Source: Schizochytrium sp. TIO01 (taxonomy: Eukaryota > Protista > Bigyra: Labyrinthulomycetes). From it: DNA of 64,000 bases. Shown here one piece after another: positions 33,356-44,961 of this stretch. The DNA lies in the NCBI GenBank assembly GCA_004764695.1, contig SMSO01000036.1, forward strand, positions 1,116,001 through 1,180,000, read 5' to 3'. The stretch's first letter is position 1, and each line of letters opens with the position of its first letter. The notes beneath the pieces are model-generated. The model was given only the letters and a program-made list of their open reading frames with translations. It did no database searches and was not told where the DNA came from. Position numbers and translations under genes: made by a program.

Positions 33356-34513
33356 TATACGATCTCTTCACTCGCTACTTTGCTACAGCTATCGCTCAAT
33401 CGCTCTACACTTCAATTTTCGTCTTGCTTGAGTCTTGCTTTAGTCTTAGTTTTGCGCTTCAACTCTTTAATTCCGGGTTTGCTGGGGTCGCCCTTGCATG
33501 TGTTTCTTTTGTCATCAGCTTTCTGCCTCTCAATCTCACCTAATTATCTCTCTAGTTATTCGTTCGTACGGTCTCAAACCCAAACTCAGGTACTTTTGCA
33601 CATTCGTTCGTACAGCCTAGACCACTTTCAGTGAACCTTTCCGGTATAAGCTGAATTAGACATACCCTCCTTTAAGTCGGCATCATAAATCAAACAAAGC
33701 AAACGAATACGAACTAACCTGAGCAGTAGCAGGTAACTACCCGTACTTTCAATGAGTTCATCGAGCCTTGGACAAAATCTCAGTTCAAGTCCGTGGCTCC
33801 TTTGTTCGTGGTCAACGTCGCTGTCCTTTGCCTGGCCGTATTTCAGCTACTTTTGCTCCATTACAACATCCTGCAACAACAGTTTATGATATCTCTTACG
33901 AGCGGCATCTTACCGACCTCGAAGTGTATTAAGCTGCCTGAACTCAAGTTCTTTTGCATTCTCTTCGTACTCGTTGAGCTCCAGCTCTATTTCGACCTTG
34001 CTCCTTTGGGATTGCAGCGATTGTCTCGCTCCCCGATGGTAGCGCTTGAGGAGTGACTTGAAATACCACCTGCGCGAAGGTTTCAATCCTCGGAAATTTC
34101 CACAGTCCAGTGCAAGCAAGCAAGCAAAGGTCGCAGAGGCTTCGAAGCAAACGCAATTCTCTCGCAAGATCGAGCACCCGGCCAGGACGTACTTGCGTTG
34201 GCCCAACCCAGTCACGAAGAGCGCATTTTCGCAGAGGCCGCTCAGGCTTTGTGTCACGGGTTTGAGGGCGGTGGCGGCAGCTTCATTGCGCGAAGGTTGG
34301 TTACTTACTTACAGCGAAGAGACTTGTTGGAGTTAGTACCAAACTTGGTCCCATGTAGGATCCACGGCGAATGAAGAATGAAGAAGGAGTAGTGGAGACA
34401 ATATCCCGCTTCGAGGATCCCGAAAGCGCCTGGGCAGACCTCTTCTTCGAAGAAAATACAGGCGCGCAATAAATAAGCACAGCACGTCACCAGCAGAGGG
34501 AGGGAGGGCCAAG

Positions 34514-35224
34514 ATGGTCTTTCGTATGTCTTTGGCCGCTTTGGCGGCGCTTCTGGTGCAGGTTCTTGCGGTACTTTCGATTCATGAGCGCGGCATCTCG
34601 GCCAAGGCTCAGGCCGTGCCGATCCCGGCGACCTATGATGGATACAGCCAAGGCCCGGCAGGAGCTGCTGTTCACGTGGAGTTCTTCTATGACCTCATGT
34701 GTCCAAACTGCAGAGACTCGTGGCCTGCGATTAACAGGACCATGCAGCACTTTCGCAACTCTGGAGACCTTCGTATTACAATGCACACATTTCCTTTGCC
34801 GTATCATCATAATGCATTTCTTGTCGCTCAAGTAGCGCACGCGCTTGGAGAAAACAAAATATGGGACTGGATGGAAGTCATCTATGCCAATCAGGAGAAG
34901 TTTGGAAATGCTGCTACCGCAGACATGACCCGCGAGGAAGTCCAGGCTGCTCTCGGCGATCTCGCCGAGAATCACGGACTTCCTCGAGACGTAGTACTGA
35001 ACGGCCTCAAGAGCTCTGATGTGGATCAAGCTACACGTGTGTCCTGGAAATACGCTTGCTATCGTGGAGTATCTGGGACTCCCACGTATCTTGTCAATGG
35101 AGTTCCGGCCCCAACTGAAGCTGGAGGATGGTCATCCACACAATGGATTCGCTTCATTGATCAGATCCGGGCCCAAGGCGTTTCTCAGGACATTTTTCAC
35201 CCAAATTCTGCTGTTCAGTCCTAA
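34514..35224 (+). CDS. Secreted DsbA-like thioredoxin-fold oxidoreductase
   Basis: Signal peptide, VEFFYDLMCPNC (CxxC), FPLPYH and GVSGTPTYLVNG cis-Pro loop. Confidence 0.9.
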   Translation: MVFRMSLAALAALLVQVLAVLSIHERGISAKAQAVPIPATYDGYSQGPAGAAVHVEFFYDLMCPNCRDSWPAINRTMQHFRNSGDLRITMHTFPLPYHHNAFLVAQVAHALGENKIWDWMEVIYANQEKFGNAATADMTREEVQAALGDLAENHGLPRDVVLNGLKSSDVDQATRVSWKYACYRGVSGTPTYLVNGVPAPTEAGGWSSTQWIRFIDQIRAQGVSQDIFHPNSAVQS

Positions 35225-36033
35225 ACTTATGTAGATCCAATTATAACTCACTATGATTAATATATGCGCCATCCAGATGTCAAAATTCGGTTCTTCGCCG
35301 AGTCTTTCCGAAGGAAGATTTATTGAACGAGATGAGAAACATCGTGGGCTTCGATTTCGGAGGACCTTTCGAGTAGCCGAATCATCCTCTCGACCATGCT
35401 TGCAATTTCGCATTTGCGGACAAGGACCTCATGCTCCCGGTTGTCGATCCCACACACTCACCAACACCCCAATGAGGAATCCGCCCCTCATTAAATATAT
35501 AGAATTTCATATCAATTTAGTAACCAGCTCTAGATGTGAAGAAGTTCCCACCAGCTTTCAAAGCCTCTCAACAGCCAGCTTATCGATCTTTCTCTGGCCT
35601 TCCCTTCAGCCGCTCTTCTCAGAATCTCTTTGCTTTCTACTCCCAACATCAGTTCAAGAGCTCACAACATCACAACATCACGGACAGAGCGAAGCCGGCC
35701 CCTGCTACGAGCTTTGGTACTCCACTTTGTTTCATTCCCCTGTGGTTCATCTCATTTCCCCCTGTTCCCTCAATCTTCCTCTAATCGGATTTCCATTTCC
35801 TTTGCTCGAAGATCCGTCCACCTCGTGCCCAAACTTGCAGAAGCTTCAAGTCCGTCGAGTCGAGTAGGTTCTGTGCTGTGCTGTGCATAACTGGCATTGC
35901 TATCTCTGCATGTCTGAGATGGATGCAAACGCTGCACAGACCGAGGCTCCAGGCACTCCCTGCTCTTCGTCAGCAGAGCTGGACTGGGTCCAAAAGGGCT
36001 GATTGAAAAGCTGGCTTCTTTAATTCAAGCGCC

Positions 36034-36206
36034 AATCAATACATCAATCAATCAATCAATCAATCAATACATCAATCAATCAATCAATACATCAATCAAT
36101 CAATCAATCAATACATCAATCAATCAATACATCAATCAATACATCAATCAATCAATCAATCAATACGTCAATCAATACATCAATCAATACATCAATCAAT
36201 CAATCA
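36034..36206. repeat. Compound (ATCA)n / ATAC-interrupted microsatellite
   Basis: Directly visible, about 43 tetranucleotide units. Confidence 0.95.
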
Positions 36207-37535
36207 GTGAAGTTCTTTCAGAACAGTGGAACATCTTTTTAATGTTGAGGGTTCATTTCATTTCATTTCATTTCGCTTCTTCTCTTCTTCGCTCCTTCTC
36301 TCATCATAGGTACGTATGTATGTATATGCACTCCTATGCTATTTTATTTCATCATTTTAGGAAAAAATAAATAATTTAATTTTAAATTAAGTTAAAAAAT
36401 AGTGCCATCTATCTATCTACGATGGAGAGACCGCCCTTAAAAGTTCTCACTATTTTTGTTGTTATTATTATTATTATATATATATATATAATTTTTTTTA
36501 ATTTTTTTTTTAATTTTAAATAACTAACTAATAATGTTTGTTTTCTAGATACTATAAAGTGCTTTTCTCCAGTGTATGATAAGCTTGACCGGGCCAAGCA
36601 AGAGCAGGATATGATGCACAATGCTCCTTCAAAGCGAACTTCTCGCGATTTGCAGCACAGCAGGCACCTCGCCCCTCCCAATTCCACCTGGTGCATAGCC
36701 ACAGGTGCTAGAGACAAATGAGATCGAGAAGATGAAGATGGGTCGCTTTTCATTTTTGGAGTATGTATGTATGTATGAATGTATTTATTTCTTTTGGGCT
36801 ATTCGAGGCTGAAAGAACTTTTTGTTTGGAGCAAAAAGAAGAAAAAGAAAGAGATTTGAAGCAAAAGGAAGTCAAGTCTCGCTCCTAACAGGTCCTAGGC
36901 AAGTCCTACGTGCGTTGGTGGTAGCACTCACTTAGGGAGTGGTAGCAGTGCCTCTTGTCTCATTGACCTGTCTTCTGTTTGTCTGTCTGTCTGGTGCCTC
37001 GAAACTAGAGCCCGATCCCGGCGCAGAGGCAGCCCTCCTTCCCTCGCGGCTGCGGGCGAGGCGGCCTTACCTGGGAGCGCCAGCTGCTGTGCCGCCGCGA
37101 GTTTTCTTTTTTTTCTTTCGCTCCCACCCCTGCAGGGCGGCCCAAGGCGAGATATTGCAGGCGAGAGCCGCGCTTCCTTCCACGGAGGCAGCGGTCATTT
37201 CTTCTCTTCGCGCAGTCTCAGGCCCGCTCCTGAGCCTTGAGAAAGGAGCTGCGGTGGTCGATTCAACCCTCCTGCCCACGCCTAGTCCTACGGGAACCTG
37301 GCATCGTGCTGCCTCTCGTGTTCTCTTCGTAGGGGCTGCTTACTTCTTCATCTTACTTTATCGCCATCTTAAGACCATCTGCAGATCATCAAGATCATTA
37401 TCACTAGATTGGACTTTGACCGGCAACCACGACGTAATTCTAGGACTTTCTGGCAATATTGGGGCTGTGGAGATTTTGTAAATCTACTTGCAAAGTTGGA
37501 TTTGAGTTGAGGTTGTGCTCACGGAAGTTGTGAAG

Positions 37536-39191
37536 ATGACGACCTCAGGCGAAGGCGAGTCAAGCGCCCGAGCGGTGCTGATGCAGGGGTTTCTGGAGAA
37601 ACGGAGTGTGACGCAGAGGTTTGGACGTCATTCATGGAAACGGCATTATTTTGTGCTAGATGATCAACGTAACTTGGCGTACTATGATGCCTCACGGGGC
37701 ATTCTGCGAGGACAGGTTCTCCTCACGGGAGACTCGACCGTCAAAGAGCTCTCCGTTGGAGGTGAAAGAGAGTTCTGTGTGCAACTTTCCACCCCGTATG
37801 TCACCATGGTTCTCGAGGCACCCAGTCAACAAGAGCGCGAGTCGTGGAAATCCAGCTTGCAAGTAGTGATCGGTCAGGCCAAAATGACACGGTCTAAAAT
37901 TCAGGATGTGCGCCGTAAGGCCCGCGAGCTTCGTGTCCCGCAAAACCTTGGTGAGACTGGCCGCGGCACTCACACGTTTCGCGCAGGTGGAAGCACCTTT
38001 GAAGTAGATACCCGTTACACCCTGGTGGATGTGATTGGACAGGGCGCCTACGGTATGGTGGTAGCAGCGAATGACTCGGTAACTGGTAATCAGGTAGCAA
38101 TTAAGAGGATTCGTGGAGTTTTTGACAACATGATTGATGGTAAGCGAATTTTGCGTGAGGTTAAGCTCTTGCGATTCCTCAGTCACAAAAATATAAGCCA
38201 TATCATTGATCTTATGCGCCCTGCACCGGTCCCTGGCCAACCGCCCACCAAATTTGACGATATTTACATTGTCCTCGACAAGATGGACACCGATCTTAAC
38301 AGGGTAATCTACTCGGAACAAAACTTTCTGATCAACACATTCAGTTTCTCATGTTCCAACTACTCAGCGCCGTACACTACTTAGCTACGGCCAATGTAAT
38401 CCATCGTGATTTGAAACCAAGCAACATTCTGGTCAACTCGGCCTGTGAACTCCGAGTGTGTGATTTTGGTTTAGCCCGTGGTATGCACGCCGAGACTGAG
38501 GACCTCACCATTTACGTTGTTACACGCTGGTACCGCGCTCCAGAGCTTATTCTTGCTTGTGACCACTACTCGAGCGCAATCGACATATGGTCCGTTGGTT
38601 GTATTTTTGCAGAGCTCATGACTCGTCGTCCTCTTTTTCCCAGGTGAAGACTTCCTGCATCAGCTTCGGCTCATTTGCCAAGTTCTCGGAAGTCCATCCA
38701 ACGAAGAAATGGCCTTTATGTCTGAAGGATCAGCCAATAGGTACCTTCGTGAATTGGAGTTCCGCCCCAAGAAACCGTGGAACACTGTCAAAGGCCTTGA
38801 AAACGCCCCGCCAGAGGCGCTTGATTTGCTTAGTAAGATGCTTACCTTCTCACCTAAGGACCGTATCACTGCCTTGGAGGCCCTCAAACACCCATACTTA
38901 AAAACTTATCATCGCCAGCCCATCCGCTCAGCCCCGCGTCCATTTGATCTTGAGTCTATTGAGCAAATGGATCTGACTCGTAAGCAATTGCGCCAAGCGA
39001 TGAGTCAAGAAATCGCTCATTACCGTGGTCTCGGAGCGTACAGCTCCGGATCCAATTTTCCGCCTCAACAGGGGCAACCTCAGGTACAACCGCAACAACA
39101 ATCACAGCTGCCACAGTCCACAATGCGATCGGAGACCTCTGCAAACTCAGCCACACCGCCCATTCCTGAGCAGCACTCTGTGAGACCTTGA
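37536..39191 (+). CDS. PH-domain MAP kinase, split over three ORFs by two single-base homopolymer indels (about 38320-38323 and 38634-38641)
   Basis: PH domain (LMQGFLEKR...WKRHYFVL...ERESWKSSL), [52 protein letters not shown]. Adding one A gives [11 protein letters not shown]; removing one T/C gives [14 protein letters not shown]. Confidence 0.88.
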
Positions 39192-39670
39192 GCAGGATGT
39201 AGTAACTTTTATTCTGCGCTTTGTCATCAAAAATTAAATTGACCGCACTTTTCACTTTACTAGGCAGAGGATCAACGTCTCGATCAATCTCGCCCAGAAA
39301 TATATTCATTCGCACATACACATACACTTACCCACATGTAGCTTTTTTGCCTAACTCATAATTCTAAAAATGCATACACTCATGAATTTTCAAGTTTCAT
39401 GTCTCCTTCTATTTTCATCTAGTCGTCCAACACAATTCCAATTTCACTCAACACATTAAATATATATATTATATAATATATAGAGAGAGAGATAATTCTT
39501 TTACAACTCAAATCGTTTGTAAGATCCACTCTTCTCTGAAAGAAGCGTTTACTTTCATTTGATGGATTCAATTCAGTGGCAACTTATGATTTATGATAAA
39601 GATCTTGGGTCAAAGTAAAATTACATAAATATTCTTTCGATGATCAATACACTCATAATCATTACATCTA

Positions 39671-42600
39671 TTAATAGGAGATACGTTTTCGAGACTTCGT
39701 TGGCGTTGAGTACGACGCATCACGGGGTGGAGGGGACAGATTTTCTTCATCACATTCGCGTACATATCCCATACCTTTGTACGACTGCAAAGGGGATGCC
39801 TCGATTACGTGTGGTGACCCAAAAAGACGCTTCTTAGACCCACGCGGTGGTGTCACTCCTTGAGGACTTTCAAAGGCAGACTTTCGGGGTGTAACATCAA
39901 TTGAGGAAGAAGTCAGAGCAAAGTTTGTTGAGGCTGGTGGTTCAACGTTGCTCTGGTGAAGTACAGGAAAAGGAGAGCACTTCACGGATGCCTCTCCTGG
40001 GCTTGCCTCTATAACGAACTCTCGTTGAGAAAACGCTCCACTCGCCTGGGGAGGTTTAGAAGGCGTTGCCTCCACAGCTCGTTGAGAGTCGATGACGCTT
40101 TCCTCCTTACGGGTACGAGAATCATGGGCGCCAAACTTTTGAAATCCTTTACGCATGTGAGAAAGGTCTAAGCGCGTTTCGTCTGCTATAGGTTTGCAAG
40201 GGGTAGCCTCGATCACAGCACGTGGAATAACTGGTTTATTCATGATAATTCCCTTGTCTCGTTGCTTGCGGTCAGGTGTTGCACTGACAGAGGTATTTAC
40301 TTTGGTGGAGTTTCCAGTTTGCTGCTTAGACTGTCCAAGGCTTACAGAGGATTGTTTGAATTTTGATGACGCTGAAACTCCATATCCTTGGGATGATGAC
40401 CCCATTTGCTGAGAAAACTGCTGCGAGACAGGCACGACAAGGGGTTTGGTCACTGCTGTGTTAGAACGTGCAACACGGCGTTGCTTCAGAAGGCGTTCGG
40501 GGTTACTCATAGCTCCACTAAAGTGGTTCAAAGCAAATCGACGTTTCTGAACAGTAAGATTACCTCCGTGTATAAGGTTTGTGTGTGAAACCAGTTCCAC
40601 TCTAAATGGGTTCACAAGATTTGCAGCTTCAGATTTGCTAACTTGGTGTTGTTGAGGTTTCGTTGGTTCTATACGAGGTACATTCTTGGCCAAATGCGAC
40701 TTCTTTTCTGCAGACATAATTACAGGTAGTGCAACTGTTTGTGAGTTGTGGTCTGCCTCGCTTTTTTCTTCTTCCACACTGTCATCTTTAGTTTGTTCTT
40801 CAGACTTCACTGCCCCATTAAAGTCAGCAAACGACGCACTTAAGATAGATTCCTTGTCAAGATCAAAATGCGCAAGAATCTCAGCAACAGTTCGAGGAAG
40901 GCTATCTTGAAAGGGTTGAACAACACTTTGTTGAATCATTTCTGCAAATTGAGCGCCCGCCGAGAACCTCGCTCGCGTAAGGGCTTTGCAAATTGACTTA
41001 AATTTTGGTTTTGCAACAGGATCACGAATTGGCTGCCTACAAGATCCACGCTGTAGGATTTCAATAGCCTTGGGTGCAAATTCGGCTAGTGTCGTTGCAC
41101 TCAGGGTTGTACATTCATCCTCTACTACGTCATCAACCGCTGTGAGCTGTTGGCTCTCATTTTGCGACGGTAACTTGGACAACTGAGAGGGAGCAGGCTC
41201 TACAACTCCCTTCCCCTCTGCTTTAAGCATATTTTTTGAAGCTGTGGTGACGTTCAAAGGACTTTCTGGGGCCATAAATTTCTCAAATGCAGAGCGATAA
41301 GCCTTGGTGCTTTGCGCAAGAGATATTGTGTCTCTGACAGGAATATTCTCTTTGTTTCTAAATGGTTCCACTATAATGCTTCCTAGCAAATCTGATTTGG
41401 AGGAGCTTAAGCTATTGAGAAGGTCGCCGTTTGTTTGCGAAGACCAGTTAATTGGCTCAACTGGTGTTGGCCTCATGGAAAATTTTGTCAGACCATCAAG
41501 CAATGAGCTTTCAGGGGTTTTGAAAGGCGTTACAAGAGCACAGCTTCCACTGTACAAGGGGTTTAATGCCAGAAGCATGTCGCTAGGCTCAGGACCCGTA
41601 CACACAAGTACAGACTTGGAGGCACGAAGGGCACACAAAAGCTGTACGAAACGGACATCATCACTTTTGCAGATCCAATTGATATTAGCTAAGCTCTGAG
41701 CAGAAAGTAAGTTCAGTGACAATTGGCCTACCATCTTTAAGGAGTCTCCAAACCTAATAGAGCCTTCATTTTCACGTACAGAAAAACTAGAAGCGTAACA
41801 CTCAGAACTTGGGATCTGTTTTTTATCGGAAAGCTCGACAAGCCCATCAGATTTCACCTGAAGTTGTCCAGATACGATGTATGCCTTGTTGTCTCCCGAG
41901 AAGGACAATGGCAGCCTTAGCTCCTCCCCATCGAATGAAAGCAAGTCACCTTCCCAGCCACCCAAATCGTAAGGCAAAGAGATGTTTGACTGCAAGGTGT
42001 TGCCTGGCGAACCTTGTTGCATTTGAGGAGAGACAGGGCGGCTGCGACGCTCAATAGAGATCGCCTTCATCCACTGTGCTCCAAGAAATGCTTTGATAGC
42101 AATATCGGAAATGCCAAAAGCAACGATGGCTGTTGCAGGAGCACTTAATGCAAACATGCATCCATCAACGCGACGAAGAACCTGCTCAAATGCTTTTCGT
42201 TGGAAAGAGATCTCGCTATGAGAATCTCCTTTGCCCACTTTCGTTGTACAGGAAACTTCGCAGCAGGGAGATCTAGAAATGGCAAGATCGTCATTGCTAC
42301 AAAGTTTAAGCGCGTCAACCCAGCACAGCCGCAGGGCACGCGATTTATTATACTTTTGTAAGAAGTCTAATGCATTAGGCTTGACACTAAAGTCTTGATA
42401 CGCTGTTTCACAGTTGACAGGACAGGGGGAGATTACGTATAAAAGGCTGTCGATTGCTTTACCAGGAATCTGAGACTCGGTATCATCCCAGTTGAAATCG
42501 ACAAGTATTTCAGCAACTGAACTCTGGAAAATTGAGAAATGTGATAAGGTACTTGATCCCAAAATCTGGTGGCTCTGTCCAAGACGCTCTTCCTCCCAGC

Positions 42601-43408
42601 GTTTGAAGTTTTTCGTGTCGCTCACCAGTCTTGTGCAAAGCTTTCGACGATGTTTTGCATCCCATACGCTGAAAAACTGAGTAGAGCGAACTGAATGACC
42701 AAATGCGCGATCAAGTTCCCGCGGAGTGCAGCCGATACCACTACGCGAATCAAAGAGACGATGGCCCCACACCATCTTCTTCGACTGCGCTTGATGTCCC
42801 CTCTGCAGTAATTCTATGGTATGAAAGATCGCTTCTGGGGTCCAGGCCTGAAGGCTTGAGACATCGATGAGAAAGACCACTCGCAGATCTACTTCAGAGA
42901 CCGCAGATCTCTTCAAGTGCGTGCCAAGTACTGCATGGATTTCTGAAGGTTTTGAGCTTGAGCTACGCTTTGACAAAACTGCGCGACGCTGCATGTGCCC
43001 CAGTTTGGGCTGTGTGCCAGCACTCAGGCGTTCTGCAGCCATCATTTGTCTACTTCTCGACGGAAGGCTTCGTTTTGCGCCTGACTTGGCCTGGAGAGCG
43101 GCTGCTTGCTGCAAAAGCGTCCTGCTTCGCATCTTATTCGCCAGCTGCGTTGAGCTCTGTTGTAAAACTTGGTTTGGTTGTTGATAATCGTGGTTCTGCT
43201 GAGATACTGGTTGCTGTTGAATTCGTTGAACATGTTGCATTTGTTGGTATATAGGAGTATTTTTCTGAAGTGAGGAACTCTGCTGGCTTTCTTGCACGCT
43301 ACAAGTCATTATTGGCGATCCTGTTCGCAGAAGTTGTGATGACGAGTGCTTGCGCATCGGCGCAAGCTTGCCCATGGTCGTTCCTCGCTCCGCATCTTCG
43401 CCAGCCAT
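39671..43408 (-). CDS. TICRR: Treslin/TICRR (Sld3-related) replication initiation factor homolog
   Basis: VVFLIDVS, WGHRLFDS, EILVDFNWD, LYVISPCP and LCWVD parallel the Treslin N-terminal vWA-like domain; C-terminal CDK-type sites VSATPDRK, IEATPCK, VEATPSK, IEASP. First ATG is 43408; the ORF track start at 43525 is TTG and an upstream exon is possible. Confidence 0.7.
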   Translation of the reverse strand: MAGEDAERGTTMGKLAPMRKHSSSQLLRTGSPIMTCSVQESQQSSSLQKNTPIYQQMQHVQRIQQQPVSQQNHDYQQPNQVLQQSSTQLANKMRSRTLLQQAAALQAKSGAKRSLPSRSRQMMAAERLSAGTQPKLGHMQRRAVLSKRSSSSKPSEIHAVLGTHLKRSAVSEVDLRVVFLIDVSSLQAWTPEAIFHTIELLQRGHQAQSKKMVWGHRLFDSRSGIGCTPRELDRAFGHSVRSTQFFSVWDAKHRRKLCTRLVSDTKNFKRWEEERLGQSHQILGSSTLSHFSIFQSSVAEILVDFNWDDTESQIPGKAIDSLLYVISPCPVNCETAYQDFSVKPNALDFLQKYNKSRALRLCWVDALKLCSNDDLAISRSPCCEVSCTTKVGKGDSHSEISFQRKAFEQVLRRVDGCMFALSAPATAIVAFGISDIAIKAFLGAQWMKAISIERRSRPVSPQMQQGSPGNTLQSNISLPYDLGGWEGDLLSFDGEELRLPLSFSGDNKAYIVSGQLQVKSDGLVELSDKKQIPSSECYASSFSVRENEGSIRFGDSLKMVGQLSLNLLSAQSLANINWICKSDDVRFVQLLCALRASKSVLVCTGPEPSDMLLALNPLYSGSCALVTPFKTPESSLLDGLTKFSMRPTPVEPINWSSQTNGDLLNSLSSSKSDLLGSIIVEPFRNKENIPVRDTISLAQSTKAYRSAFEKFMAPESPLNVTTASKNMLKAEGKGVVEPAPSQLSKLPSQNESQQLTAVDDVVEDECTTLSATTLAEFAPKAIEILQRGSCRQPIRDPVAKPKFKSICKALTRARFSAGAQFAEMIQQSVVQPFQDSLPRTVAEILAHFDLDKESILSASFADFNGAVKSEEQTKDDSVEEEKSEADHNSQTVALPVIMSAEKKSHLAKNVPRIEPTKPQQHQVSKSEAANLVNPFRVELVSHTNLIHGGNLTVQKRRFALNHFSGAMSNPERLLKQRRVARSNTAVTKPLVVPVSQQFSQQMGSSSQGYGVSASSKFKQSSVSLGQSKQQTGNSTKVNTSVSATPDRKQRDKGIIMNKPVIPRAVIEATPCKPIADETRLDLSHMRKGFQKFGAHDSRTRKEESVIDSQRAVEATPSKPPQASGAFSQREFVIEASPGEASVKCSPFPVLHQSNVEPPASTNFALTSSSIDVTPRKSAFESPQGVTPPRGSKKRLFGSPHVIEASPLQSYKGMGYVRECDEENLSPPPRDASYSTPTKSRKRISY

Positions 43409-44961
43409 AGCCACACCCAACGAAGCTTTTCGCAGGGCTTTCGTCAATACCTGACCGGTCCCTCGCAAACGTCCCTCCAGAACAGTTCCACCTGTCCCTG
43501 TCGTCTTATTTCTCGACCCCTGCAAAGGATTTGTTTGATGATCTGCCTAACTAACTTGAAGTTAGGCAAATCATTCATCTTCATTGTTATTTCCCTCCCC
43601 AAGGCCGGTAGTTGAGTCATGCGAAACCCTTCTTTACCTACCTTTGGGTTCTGCAGTTACGTAACTCTATTTTGGAAGTTTTCTCTCAAGCAGTTTCCTT
43701 GAGTATCCCCACTGAGAGTAACGCTTAGATTTCTTCATTTTTCGCATTTTTTGCATTTCCTTTTTGGCTTTAATTTTCGGATTAAAATAGAAAAATGAAT
43801 AGCAACTTGAACCCGAATTGGTATATAAGAAATTACCAAAAGAACTGAAGTTTTTCCTATCTTAATCGTAGTTTACTTTCCCTTTTCTTTATCGTTCTTA
43901 AGTTTTCCGGTTGCACCCCCATAAACACATAGCATTAACTCTAGCAGACTGCCTCCAGTTCTTACCACATAAACTTGCGCGAAGTAGCCTGAAGACGCCC
44001 ACAATTTCGAGCAGAGTCCTCTCGCCTGCCCGCAAAACTTGCTCCTGATACCTCGCATACCCTGCGGTGCTCCTCGTCCTCGCCACCCCTTCTCCGTGAG
44101 CGCAAGAAGCGAATTCTCAAAGAGAACCTAACTTTGCATTTATTTCTATTTGCTATACCTTGGACGATAATTCTTCCTCTATTCGAGTTGAATGATAAAG
44201 TAACAGTACTACTATGATTCCTATAGTTTTAAGTAGATGGACTTAGCAATTATGAGTTACTATGGAAGAGCCTGAAAGAACAGATAATAAGGGGGAATAA
44301 GGACGATAAGAGTCAAACAAACAATCAGGGAGTCTAAGAGAAGCACGCAAGCAAACCGGAGTCCACCTGTGTGGCGCTGTGCGGCGCTTGGCCAGCACCA
44401 GGAAGAGGGACCTACGGCGAGGCAGCCGAACACGGTGCACACGCACTAAGGCGTCCAACGTCGAAGACACCCTCTTGCTGGAGATCGCAAGCACCATCGG
44501 CGCTAGCTTGTTCGGGTCTCTGTTTGTCCCCTTCTATTATTTGTGTGTTTGTTGTTGTTCTTGTTCTTGTTCTGGAGACCGAGTTCCTCCGAAGTCCTCG
44601 GGACTGGAAACTTGAGGTCCTTAGGGCAAACGATTGGAGACGAGGAGAACATAAAAGGCGCCCCGAGGCAAGCGGAGCAGAAGTTGAAGTGAAAGATAAG
44701 AGAATCTCCCGAACGATTTGGGCTAGATAGGGTATTCTGGAGCATTTTAACAGCGGAATTCGCTCACACTTGTCAATATCAGTGTTTGACATTCTTCTTC
44801 TTGTTGACTTTTGCGTAGTGGACAGTACAGGATACCAAAGTTCGTGTTACACTCTTGGGTGAGCGCATCCAAGCACATTAATACTTGCTTCGAGGGTGTA
44901 AGCAAGAGCGATTCAAAGCGGTTATTGGTTTCAAGGTAAGAACCGTTTCTATACAGGAATC

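Noticed and set aside
33793-34490. Small gene between FABP and DsbA-like genes
   Set aside because: Short overlapping ORFs with no recognisable motifs and no convincing splice model; more likely promoter, UTR or intron.
35253-37481. ORFs 35253-35867 and 36939-37481
   Set aside because: Protein-unlike composition in microsatellite-rich intergenic or 5' UTR sequence upstream of the MAPK.
38631-38647. Intron acceptor (CTCTTTTTCCCAG/GT) explaining the second MAPK frameshift
   Set aside because: Kinase sequence is colinear and complete on both sides, leaving no room for an intron.
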